Translations under genes and position numbers: made by a program
In this document: positions 52,600 to 63,264 of the stretch, in pieces
Layout: each line of letters begins with the position of its first letter
How positions within the stretch are numbered: the stretch's first letter is position 1
Notes under the pieces: model-generated
Seen by the model: the letters and a program-made list of their open reading frames with translations, nothing else
Databases searched by the model: none
What the model was told of the DNA's origin: nothing
Assembly: GCA_964016885.1 (NCBI GenBank)
Contig: OZ024754.1
Span: 23,870,001 to 23,934,000 of the forward strand
Direction of reading: 5' to 3'
Length of the DNA: 64,000 bases
Source of the DNA: Eledone cirrhosa
Taxonomy: Eukaryota

Positions 52600-53880
52600 T
52601 AACCCTAACCCTAACCCAAACCCAAACCCTAACGCAAACCCTAACCCTAACCCTAACCCAAACCCTATCCCTAACCCTAACCCTAACCCAAACCCTATCC
52701 CTAACCCTAACCCAAACCAAACCTTAATTTAACCCCAACCCAAGAACTAACCCAAACCCTAAACCTAACCCTAACTTTAACCCTAATCCTTAACCTAACA
52801 CTAACATAAACATTAACACTAAACATTACCCTAACCCTAACCCAAACCCAAACCCTAACACAAACCCTAACCCTAACCCTAACCGTAACACTAACCCTAA
52901 ACATAACATTAACCCTAAACATAACCAAACCCAAATCAAAACCCAAATCCTAACACTAACCCAAACCCTAACCCTAACCTTAAACCTATCACTAACCCCA
53001 AATCTAACACTAACCCAAATCCTAACCTAACCCTAAACATAACCCTAACTCTAACCCTAACCCAAACCCTAATCGTAACCCTAACCCAAACCCTAACCCA
53101 AACCCAGACCCAAACCCTAACCGTAACCGTAACCCTAACCCAAAATCAAACCCTAATCCTAAACCTAACCCGAACCCTAACCCAAACCAAAACCCTTACC
53201 CTAACCCTAACCCTAACCCTTACCCTAAGCCTAATCCAAACCCTAATCCTAAACCTAACACTAACCGTAACCCTAACCCTAATCCAAAACATAACCCTAA
53301 CCTTAACTCTAAACCTAACTCAAACCCTAACCCAAACCCAAACCCTAACCCTAACGCTAACGCTAACCCAAAACTTAAACCTAATCCAAACCCTAACCCT
53401 AAAACAAACCCAAACCCTAACCCTAACCCTATCACTAACCCCAAACCTAACCCTAACCCTAACCCTAACCCCAACCCTAACCCTAAACCCAACCTTAACC
53501 CTAACCCTAAACCTAACTCTAACCCCAGCTTTAACCCCAACTCTAACCCTAACCCTAACCCCAAACCTAACCCTAACCGTATACCTAACCCTAACCCTAA
53601 ACCTAAACCTAACCCAAACCCAAACCCTAACCGTAACCCTAACCCTATCCCAACCCCTAACCCTAACACAAACCCAAACCCTAACCCTAACCCTAACCCT
53701 AACCCAAATCCCAAACCTAACACTAACCGTAACACTAACTTTAACTCCAACCCCAACACTAACCCCAACTCCAACCCCAACTCCAACCCCAACCCCAACC
53801 CCAACCCCAACCCCAAAACTAACCCTAGCCCTAAACCTAACCCTAACCGTAACCCTAACCCCAACCATAACCCTAACCAT
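52600..53880 (-). repeat. Degenerate interstitial telomeric array (CCCTAA)n, ~1.28 kb
   Basis: Hexamer register kept with CCCTAA dominant and CCCAAA, ACCTAA, CCGTAA, CCCCAA variants. Confidence 0.95.
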
Positions 53881-55219
53881 AAGGTTGGGGTTGAGGTTTA
53901 AGTTTAAGACTAAGGCTTGGGGTTGGGGTTTATGTCTAAGTCTAAATTTTGTGGTTGGGGTTTAAGTCTAAGTCTTATGCTTGTGGTTGGGGTTCAAGTC
54001 TAAGTCTAACGCTTCGGCTTCGGGTGTAATTCTAAATCTAAGGCTTGTGGTTGGGGTTTAAATCTACGTCTAAGGCTTGGGGTTTAAGTCTACGTCTAAA
54101 GCTTCATGCTTGGGTTTTAGTCTAAGTCGAAGGCTTCGGGTTAGTGATTAAGTCTAAGTCTAAGACTTGGTGTTGGGGTTTAAGTCTAACTCTAAGGCTT
54201 GGTGTTGGGGATTATGTCTATGTGTAAGGCTTTGGGTTGTGGTTTAAGTCTAAGTCTAAGTCTTGGGGTTGGGGTTTAAGTTTAAGTCTTAGGCTAGGAG
54301 TTGGTGTTTAAATCTAAATCTAAGGATTGGGGTTGGGGTTTAAGTCTAAGTCTAAGTCTTGTGGTTGGGGTTTAAATCTAAGGATGGGTGTTGGGGTTTC
54401 AGCCTAGGTCTAATGCTTGTGGTTGGGGTTTATGTCTAAGTCTAAGGCATGGGGTTTGGGTTTAAGTCTATGTCTAATGCTTGGGGCTGGGTTGGGGTCT
54501 AAGGCTTTGGGTTTGAGTTTAATTCTAACTCTAAAGATTGGGGTTGGGGTCAGGCTTTAAGTCTAAGGCTTGTGGTTAGGGTTTAAGTCTAAGTCTCAGG
54601 ATTGGGATTGGGGTTTCAAATCTAAGTCTAAGGGTTGGGGTTTATGTCTAAGTCTAAGTTTAGAGTTTAAGTCATAGGCTTGGGGTTAGGATTTAGGTGT
54701 TAGCTTTGTGTTGGGGTTTAACTCTACGCCTAAGGCTTGAGGTTGGAGTTTAAGTCTAAGTCTAAGTTTAAGTTTACGTCTAAGGCTAGGGTTTGGGGTT
54801 TAGTCTAAGTCTTAGGGTTGGGGTTTAAGTCTAAGTCTGAGGCTTGGGTTTGGGGTTTAAGTCTAAGTCTAAGGCTTGTGGTTGGGGTTTAAGTTTAAGG
54901 CTTGTGGTTCGGGTTTATGTCTAAGTCTAAGTCTTGTGTTTGGGGTTTCAGTCTAAGTCTAATGCTTGGGTTTGTGGTTTAAGTCTAAGTCTAAAGGTTG
55001 GTGTTAGGATTTAAGTCTAAGGCTTGGGGTTTGGGTTTAATTCTAAGGCTTGGAGGTGGGGTTTAAGTCTAAGTCTAAAGCTTAATGTTTGGGTTTAAGT
55101 TTAAGTCTAAGGCTTCGGGTTGGGGATTAAGTCTAAGTCTAAGACTTGGTGTTGGGGTTTAAGTCTAACTCTAAGGCTTGGTGTTGGGGATTATGTCTAT
55201 GCCTAAGGCTTTGGGTTGT

Positions 55220-55221
<2 letters not shown>
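53881..55221 (+). repeat. Telomere-like 32-bp satellite, related to the units at ~2330-3700
   Basis: Shares markers GTCAGGCTTTAAG (54549) and CTCTACGCCTAAGG with the window start. Confidence 0.95.

Positions 55222-55287
<66 letters not shown>
55222..55287. repeat. (TA)n microsatellite, left target flank of the Penelope-like element
   Basis: Perfect TA run. Confidence 0.98.
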
Positions 55288-55290
<3 letters not shown>

Positions 55291-57650
55291 GACGATTGAT
55301 TATTCCTTCATTGCATTTATTGATAGGTGACGCGCGTTTCGCCTCTGATCAGCTCAAGGTTCGATCTATATCGATCCTACCCGACTCAATAATTCGCAGC
55401 TCGACGGATCCTCTTAAAATGCCATAAGAAAATGAAATACATGCTATATGGTAAAGTCAGAGATTCAAGAGTTTGACAAAATGAGTTGTTTTGATAGGTG
55501 GGAAGGATCAAGGCGATGTACTGGCCTGTAGTGTATATGGGAGTGGGTGTAATGGTGAGATGTTGGTGACGGTCGGTGGATGAGATGGGCTGTGGTGTGG
55601 TGGTGGTTGGTTGGCCTTGGCGTGTAGAGTATGTGGGGGTGGGTGTGATGATATGGTGGTGGTTATGGTTGCTTATTGGGATGGACTGTGGTATGAGGTT
55701 AGTGGATTGTCAGTAGACGGGTTGACGTGTGTGTGGGGGTGTGGTATTGGTGCCGTTGTTTATGGGTAGCGGCGTTTGTGGTGGTGTGGTGGATGTATTG
55801 GTGGCGTCAAGGTCCTTACCTAGATACATAGCTAGACGCTCTTCGTCCGACAGATACTTTGTATATACGTATTCGTACACACATATATGTATATATGTGC
55901 ACACATATTGTTGTATAAACACACCCACCACAAAACACATACGCACATCCTTGCACACACATATCGACACACGCTCACACACAGCCATATGTATATGTAC
56001 ACACATGTATGTGCGTGCGCGCATGCGGACACGAATATAGAGAGTGGGGGAGTATCGGTGGGGGTGGCGAACGACAGAGATGGGGGAAGGTGAGAGGCAA
56101 TGTAGAAGGTGTTTTACATATATACATACACATACATATACCCATACACACATATGGGTATGGGTACATGGACTCACAGTCACGTATACAACATATACAC
56201 ATACACACTCACACACACGTATACTCACATATATATATACACATACATATATTTATATATACACACACATGTACAGACAACACACAGATATACACGCACA
56301 TATACACGTACATGCACATACATGAGCTCACCTACACATACAGTCAGATGCACCCATATATATATATGTAGACGTACACATATACACACATACATACACA
56401 TACGTATAGACACACACATACGCATACACATATACATATATATACAGATATATATATACACACACATATACACATGTATACACATGTGTTCACATACACA
56501 CACACACATACATACAACTATGCGTACACGCACGCACACTTATATGTCCGTATGTGTAAAAATACTTACACACAGACACACACAATATTGTTGGTTGGAG
56601 TGGATGTATGTGTTGTCGGTGTTGATGAAGTATGGAGTTGTGTTTTGTGGTGGTGGTGGTGGAGCAGGTGGAGTTGTGAGGGACAAAAATATATATACAG
56701 GATCGAATACTGGTTAAAAGGTGACATGGGGAACGCGGGGGAGAAGCGTTTATGGACGTACGGCGATGTGTGTTGTGGACATGGTGATGGTGGTGGTGCT
56801 GGGGTGATATGTTCGACAAGATGATTACATGATCAGAGGTTACGGTGTGTTATAGGGTAAGGCAGACGGGCGGTGGGGGGTATATAATACAGTCGATCTG
56901 GGAGCGAGGGGTGATATGTGTTGATGATGTTAATGATAATGATTGTTGAAGTATTTGGATGTATCTCGTGGTGGCGGTGGTTGTGTGTGCGTGCGACAAT
57001 ACAATTACAGGGTCGAATTTAGCGTGGGGTTGTATGTTAGGGTAGACAGAGGGAACATGGGGGGTTGAGGTTGTAGGTGTGTATGGTAGACATATGACGA
57101 TGTGTGGTGTGGTGGTGGTGGCGATGGTGTGATATGATCGACATTGTATTTACAAGGTCCCTTGTCATTGTGGATTGCAAGGTAATACGTATCATAGGAG
57201 ACCGATCTTATACGATGTTGCAATGATGAGGTGTGTATGTTGATGTGAATTTTGGTGGTGGTGATGGTGATGTGTGCGGCATTATATACAAATGCGGGCT
57301 TAGAAATGGTTACATGGGGTACAATACAATAAGTTCATTGAGATGGGCGATGGTGAGACGGGGTATAGGTGGTTATTAATATGGTGTGTTATGGTTAGTG
57401 TGATTTTTGGTGTGGGCTATGTATGCGGAATGATATACAAAATATGGGCTTACATATGGTTAAATGCAATACAATAAAATAAGATAATGTAAAGTAAGAT
57501 TAGAATTAAAATTCGTTGAGATGGGCGATGGTGATACGGGGCAGATGTGGTTATTATTATGGTGGGTCATGGTTAGAGCGTGGCCCTCCCGCGAATGTTT
57601 GTGCAGAAATGGTGTTCATCCTCGTGTGTCTGCAATTGACAATTATGTCC
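55287..57650 (-). repeat. Inverted 5'-truncated copy of the element's 3' end (equivalent to 60416-62160 plus ~620 bp absent from the forward copy)
   Basis: AAAGGACGATTGAT (55287) is the reverse complement of 62147-62160; AATTATGTCC (57641-57650) is the reverse complement of 60416-60425; extra segment at ~56140-56762. Confidence 0.95.
55317..55392 (-). ncRNA. Hammerhead-like motif with deleted core, inverted copy
   Basis: Reverse complement of 62055-62130. Confidence 0.6.
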
Positions 57651-57915
57651 ATGTATTTCATTTTCTCATAGCATTTTAAGAGGGTCCGTCGAGCTGCGGA
57701 TTATTGAGTCGGGTAGGATCAAACCTTGAGCTGATCAGAGGCGAAACGCGCGTCACCTATCAATAAATGCAATGAAGGAATAATCAATCGTCCTTTTTAT
57801 CCTTTCTATATATTACACTCTGTATAGCTCTACACCTCATCACAGAAGTGAACCTAGACATCGAGTGCTCTCCCGGGTGAACCTGTAGTAACTCCTAGTT
57901 ACACCGCCTGGATAT
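57650..57915 (+). repeat. 5' pseudo-LTR
   Basis: Direct repeat of 62004-62246 with a 33-bp insertion (57828-57860) and a 10-bp deletion. Confidence 0.9.
57701..57766 (+). ncRNA. Hammerhead-like motif in the 5' pLTR (core further mutated, CAA instead of CGA)
   Basis: TTATTGA..TAGG / CCTA-TCAATAA stem I, CCTTGA/TCAGAGG stem II, CGAAACGCGCGTC. Confidence 0.5.
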
Positions 57916-57953
57916 TTTGCTCCTTTCTTTCTCGAGCGCTTACATGGAACACC

Positions 57954-60509
57954 ATGGAATTGTTCTACAATATTTCCTCCCTAAAAAACATTCCTATACC
58001 TTCGGAAGATGTCTACATGGACCTATTACTAAAGCAGACTAATAATTTCATCAGGAGGATCTGTTGAAGGGCCTACCACTACAACAGGAGGGCCCCTGGA
58101 TCAATTGACAATTCCACCAACCACATAAAAAGACTTTTCAAATCAACGAAAAACCCACCGCACAACCCACTCCTTGAGGAATTTGAGAGCAGGATCATTA
58201 CCATGATCCGGACAATTAGATTCAGAAAACCACCGCGAAACCCTGACAGAAGTGCATTCCTGTCCGGGCTCGCCTCAACCTTAAAAAAGATAAAAAATAG
58301 CACTGTAATTATTGTACCAGCGGATAAAACTGGAAACCTATATAATTTAGAGTACAAAACCTACAACAAATGCATTACAAACGAAATCTCTAAAATATAC
58401 AAAACATCAACACGAGAAAACCTAGCACACATAAAAAAACAGGCGAAAACAATATTGACCTAACTGAGTATTGACGACAGGACCTTTCCTTACAACCCTA
58501 GGACACTGAGACTATCCATTAAAGACCATAAACCGGATTTCCAGTTAAAACTACCGGTCAGGCTCATAGCCCCTTCCAAATCGGACCTTGGTAGACTTAG
58601 CAAATCAATCATTGACCGAATTTTACCTGAACTTAAGATTAGAACTAAACTCAGCCTATGGTCTTGTACAAAGGAGGTAATAGACTGGTTTTGTGCCATT
58701 GAAACTAAGTCGAATGTTCGATTAGTCCAATTGGACATTACGAACTACTACGCATCTATATCCCCAATCATCCTTAACAAGGCACTGATCTCAGCCATGA
58801 ACAGATCAAGCCTCACTAGAAGAGAAGTAGACATAATAATAACAGCTAGGAAAACTTTACTAGAATTCGACGGAAGACTATGGGAACGACAGAATAGACC
58901 AGATAGCTTCGACATCACCATGGGATCGACTGACTCTGCACAGGTTACAGATGTAGTAGGCATATAATTCCTAAACATATTAACAGACGAGATCCCCTCC
59001 TTGGGCGGTGGCTTATACCAGGATGATGCCCTACTATTGACCCGTGGACTTAATAACAGCCAATTAAATAGAATACTCAAACGACTTAGGTACATCTTTA
59101 AGACCCAAGGTTTAGCAGTAGAAATTGAACCTAACAATAGGACAGTTAACGTTTTAGACGTCACCCTAGAATTACACTCAGGCCTCTACCGTCCATACCA
59201 CAAACCTAATGAAAATCTTAGATACGTCAATAGACACCCCAACCACCCTAGGAGCATAATTAACTCTATAGTTAAAAGCGTCTCCAACAGAGTGTCCACA
59301 CTGTCGGCTAATGAAAACATCTTCAAGCAGCACGCGGAATACTACGACTCCGCACTTATAAACGCTGGTTATACTGAGAAGATTTCTTACATCGACCCAA
59401 ATAGAACCGTAACATAGCTAAACATAGCAGGACCCTTAGAAACGAACTTAGAAGAAACCTCCACACCTAGGACACACAATAACCTTAGACGCTCCATAGC
59501 CGGCAGCGCAGACAGCACCACACATAACTGTCTAGGAGATAAAGCCATACTCTCCAGCCCCAATAACAACTCCGACTATCGCACACGTTTGCGTACCAAT
59601 AGAGACAAGGGACATAACGCCAATAGATTACCTGGAACCTATTTGAAACATACGCCTGACCAAAACACACACAAACTACCACCCAACCACAAAAACCTCA
59701 CTAAACAACGCATAAACCGAAGTAGACCTGTCACGTGGTATAACCCCCCTATTCTATACACGTCGCCACTAACATACCGGGAATCTTTTCCAGGGCTCTC
59801 GAACAATCTTTTCCACACACACACACATACCACAAGCTCTTCAATAGACACACCGTAAAATTCTCTTTCTCCACAGCACCAAACCTAGGCCACACAATAG
59901 CACACACTAATAGGGCAAAAATACGCAAACACATGGTTTCCCCTCAACAAACCACCACCACAACCCAGAACGAAACCACACACACAACACAACACAACAA
60001 CCCACACACCGCATGACACCAACCGCCATCGTGCAACCACACCGGTTATACCCAAATACAACTGCAAAAAACGAGCTGAATGCCCACTAAACGGGGAGTG
60101 CCTCGTTAAGAATATTGTTTACCGGTGTGATGTCACAACCGGCAATAAGGAGTACTCATATATAGGTGCGACATCCACTACGTTTAAGGAGCGCTGGTAT
60201 AACCACAACAGCTCCTTCAAACATAGATTGAAACGACCCCAAACAAAACTGGCCGACTTGATCTGGGACCTCAAGGACAGGAATATTGAACCCCAGATTT
60301 CGTGGTCAGTAAAAATGCGCGTGGCATATATCCCCAGTGACAGAAACCACTGCAGATTATGCCTGGCTGAGGCGGCGGAAATAATTAAATTAAATTCCGC
60401 CATAATCTATAGGTCGGACATAATTGTCAATTGCAGACACACGAGGATGAACACCTTTTCTGCACAAACATTCGCGGGAGGGCCACGCACGAACCATGAC
60501 CCACCATAA
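57954..60509 (+). pseudogene. Disrupted Penelope-like reverse transcriptase + C-terminal GIY-YIG endonuclease (~850 aa)
   Basis: Manual translation gives SLKNIPIPS, IRRIC*RA, PADKTGNLY, IKDHKPDF, VRLIAPSKSDLG, LDITNYYASI, FDITMGSTDSAQV, GLYQDD, VNVLDVTL, SNHP-like HPNHP, WYNPP/YS, KLFNRHTVKFSFS, YNCKKRAECPLNGEC, NIVY..YIG..FKERWYNH, CRLCLAE and NCRH. Stops at 58065, 58461, 58965 and 59415; frameshifts at ~59747 and within ~59935-60010. Confidence 0.93.
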
Positions 60510-62003
60510 TAATAACCACATCTGCCCCGTATCACCATCGCCCATCTCAACGAATTTTAATTCTAATCTTACTTTACTTTATCTTATTTTATTGTATTGC
60601 ATTTAACCATATGTAAGCCCGTATTTTGTATATCATTCCGCATACATAACCCACACCAAAAATCACACTAGCCATGACACACCATATTAATAACCACCTA
60701 TACCCCGTCTCACCATCGCCCATCTCGATGAACTTATTGTATTGTACCCCATGTAACCATTTCTAAGCCCGCATTTGTATATAATGCCGCACACATCACC
60801 ATCACCACCACCAAAATTCACATCAACATACACACCTCATCATTGCAACATCGTATAAGATCGGTCTCCGATGATACGTTTTACCTTGCAATCCACAATG
60901 ACAAGGGACCTTGTAAATACAATGTCGATAATATCACGCCATCGACACCTCCACCACACCACTCATCGTCATATGTCTACTATATACACCTACAACCTCA
61001 TCCCCCCCATGTTCCCTCTGTCTACCCTAACCTACAACCCTACGCTAAATTCGACCCTGTAATTGTACTGTCGCACGCACACACAACCACCGCCACCACT
61101 AGATACATCCAAATACTTCAACAATCATTATCATTAACATCATGAACACATATCACCCCACGCTCCCAGATCGACTGTATTATATACGCCCCACCCCCCG
61201 TCTGCCTTACCCTATAACACACTGTAACCTCTGATCATGTAATCATCTTGTCGAACATATCACCCCAGCACCACCACCATCACCATGTCCACAACACACA
61301 TCGCACATATGTATGTGTATGTATATATGTAAAACACCTTCTACATCACCTCTCACCTTCCCTCCATCTCTGTCGTTCGCCACCCCCACCGATACTCCCC
61401 CACTCTCTATATTCGTGCCCGCATGCGCGCACGCACGTACATGTGTGTACATATACATATGGCTGTGTGTGAGCGTGTGTCGATATGTGTGGGCAAGGAT
61501 GTGCGTATGTGTTTTGTGGTGGGTGTGTTTATACAACAATATGTGTGCACATATATACATATATGTGTGTACGAATACGTATATACAAAGTATCCGTCAG
61601 ACGAAGAGCGTCTAGCTATGTATCTAGGTAAGGACCTTGACGCCACCAATACATCCACCACACCACCACAAACGCCGCTACCCATAAACAACGGCACCAA
61701 TACCACACCCCCACACACACGTCAACCCGTCTACTGACAATCCACTAACCTCATACCACAGTCCATCCCAATAAGCAACCATAACCACCACCATATCATC
61801 ACACCCACCCCCACATACTCTACACGCCGAGGCCAACCCACCACCACCACACCACAGCCCATCTCATCCACCGACCGTCACCAACATCTCACCATTACAC
61901 CCACTCCCATATACACTACAGGCCAGTACATCGCCTTGATCCTTCCAACCAATCAAAACAACTCATTTTGTCAAACTCTTGAATCTCTGACTTTACCATA
62001 TAG

Positions 62004-62246
62004 CATGTATTTCATTTTCTTATGGCATTTTAAGAGGATCCGTCGAGCTGCGGATTATTGAGTCGGGTAGGATCGATATAGATCGAACCTTGAGCTAATC
62101 AGAGGCGAAACGCGCGTCACCTATCAATAAATGCAATGAAGGAATAATCAATCGTCCTTTTTATCCTTTCTATATATTACACTCTGTATAGTCGAGTGCT
62201 CTCCCGGGTGAACCTGCAGTAACTCCTAGTTACACCCCCTCGATAT
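62004..62246 (+). repeat. 3' pseudo-LTR, with AATAAA at ~62126, merging into (TA)n via GATAT
   Basis: Direct repeat of 57650-57915. Confidence 0.9.
62055..62130 (+). ncRNA. Type I hammerhead-like motif with CUGANGA reduced to CGA
   Basis: ATAGAT-CGA-ACCTTGA GCTAA TCAGAGGC-GAAA-CGCGC-GTC-ACCTAT; palindromic stem III as in dimeric PLE hammerheads; outer TTATTGA/TCAATAA helix. Confidence 0.6.
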
Positions 62247-62310
62247 ATATATATATATATCTGTATATATATATATATGTATATATATATGTATATATAT
62301 ATATATATAT

Positions 62311-62386
<76 letters not shown>

Positions 62387-62410
62387 ATATATATATATAT
62401 GTATATATGT
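62243..62410. repeat. Interrupted (TA)n microsatellite
   Basis: TA runs with TG interruptions. Confidence 0.97.
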
Positions 62411-63016
62411 CAGGTCACCAGTTGGTGCTACTGGTAACATGTATCCCAGTACAACCTGTCTCATAGTCGGGTCGTTGGCGGCTAAACTGGCAACCCCACC
62501 AAGGTTTCTTGGTGAGGAGGGTGACTTTGGACATCCTGCAGGACTAAAAACAAAACCTGTCAAAGGGCAAAGGAGCTCTTAAGAATCAATGGCCATCCAA
62601 AATCACCGGGAGAGATGACCCCTTAGCCTTTGTCAAGGCAGAATTCTAGGAGAAGGAAAACTCTGATATAACACCTGCAACCCTGATGGTATCCAATGAT
62701 GTTGACTTGTTCTTCTTTTTGGTAAATATCATCTTGGTTAAGAGAGTGGGACTGGCTTTGTGCAGTGCCTTTGCTCACTATAAAAGCTTCACGGCACAGG
62801 CATTGCTTTATATCTGGAGATCTCTCTGCACTTGTCGTCACATGGTACCATGGGCCCAGCACTATGTGTCAATAATTGTCACAAGTGAAGTGTTTCTACC
62901 AGAGTTTTCAAGTCGCTGGCTGGACTAAAAAGTCACATTCGTTCAGCGCATCGGTAGGGGTTCTCCTACATGGATATAAAGTAGTGGCCGTACTCGAAAA
63001 CGAGTTGACAGCTGCC
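62411..63016 (+). mobile_element. Probable non-autonomous, internally deleted RTE-clade LINE derivative (5' UTR joined to the ORF end and 3' UTR)
   Basis: 62886-62957 encodes [22 protein letters not shown]-stop, a decayed CxxC..H..H finger like RTE ORF C-termini; 3' stem-loop ACTCG-AAAA-CGAGT (62992-63005) precedes a (TA)n tail; GGAGAAGGAAAACTCTGAT (62649) resembles RTE 5' UTRs from memory, unverified. Confidence 0.5.
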
Positions 63017-63260
<244 letters not shown>

Positions 63261-63264
63261 GCAC

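Larger units (their letters stand above)
55287..62246 (+). mobile_element. Penelope-like retroelement (EN+, probably Hydra clade), complex insertion: inverted 3' copy + 5' pLTR + ORF + 3' UTR + 3' pLTR
   Basis: RT and GIY-YIG motifs; direct repeats 57650-57915 and 62004-62246; inverted copy 55287-57650; (TA)n on both sides. Confidence 0.92.

Noticed and set aside
52707-53880. Gly-Leu and Val-Arg dipeptide ORFs
   Set aside because: Direct translation of (TTAGGG)n; no evidence of expression in the sequence
52600-53880. True chromosome end
   Set aside because: The array is degenerate and flanked by sequence on both sides
57731-57737. CTGATCA as the hammerhead CUGANGA core
   Set aside because: It lacks G8, lies within the stem II hairpin and is mutated to CTAATCA in the 3' copy
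58065-58067. In-frame TGA as selenocysteine, as in some Naiad PLEs
   Set aside because: It falls at an expected Trp (RxxW motif; TGG>TGA); the other stops are TAA/TAG and there are frameshifts, so this is ordinary decay
58079-60403. Minus-strand ORFs over the PLE ORF
   Set aside because: Antisense shadows of the RT/EN frame with no recognisable motifs
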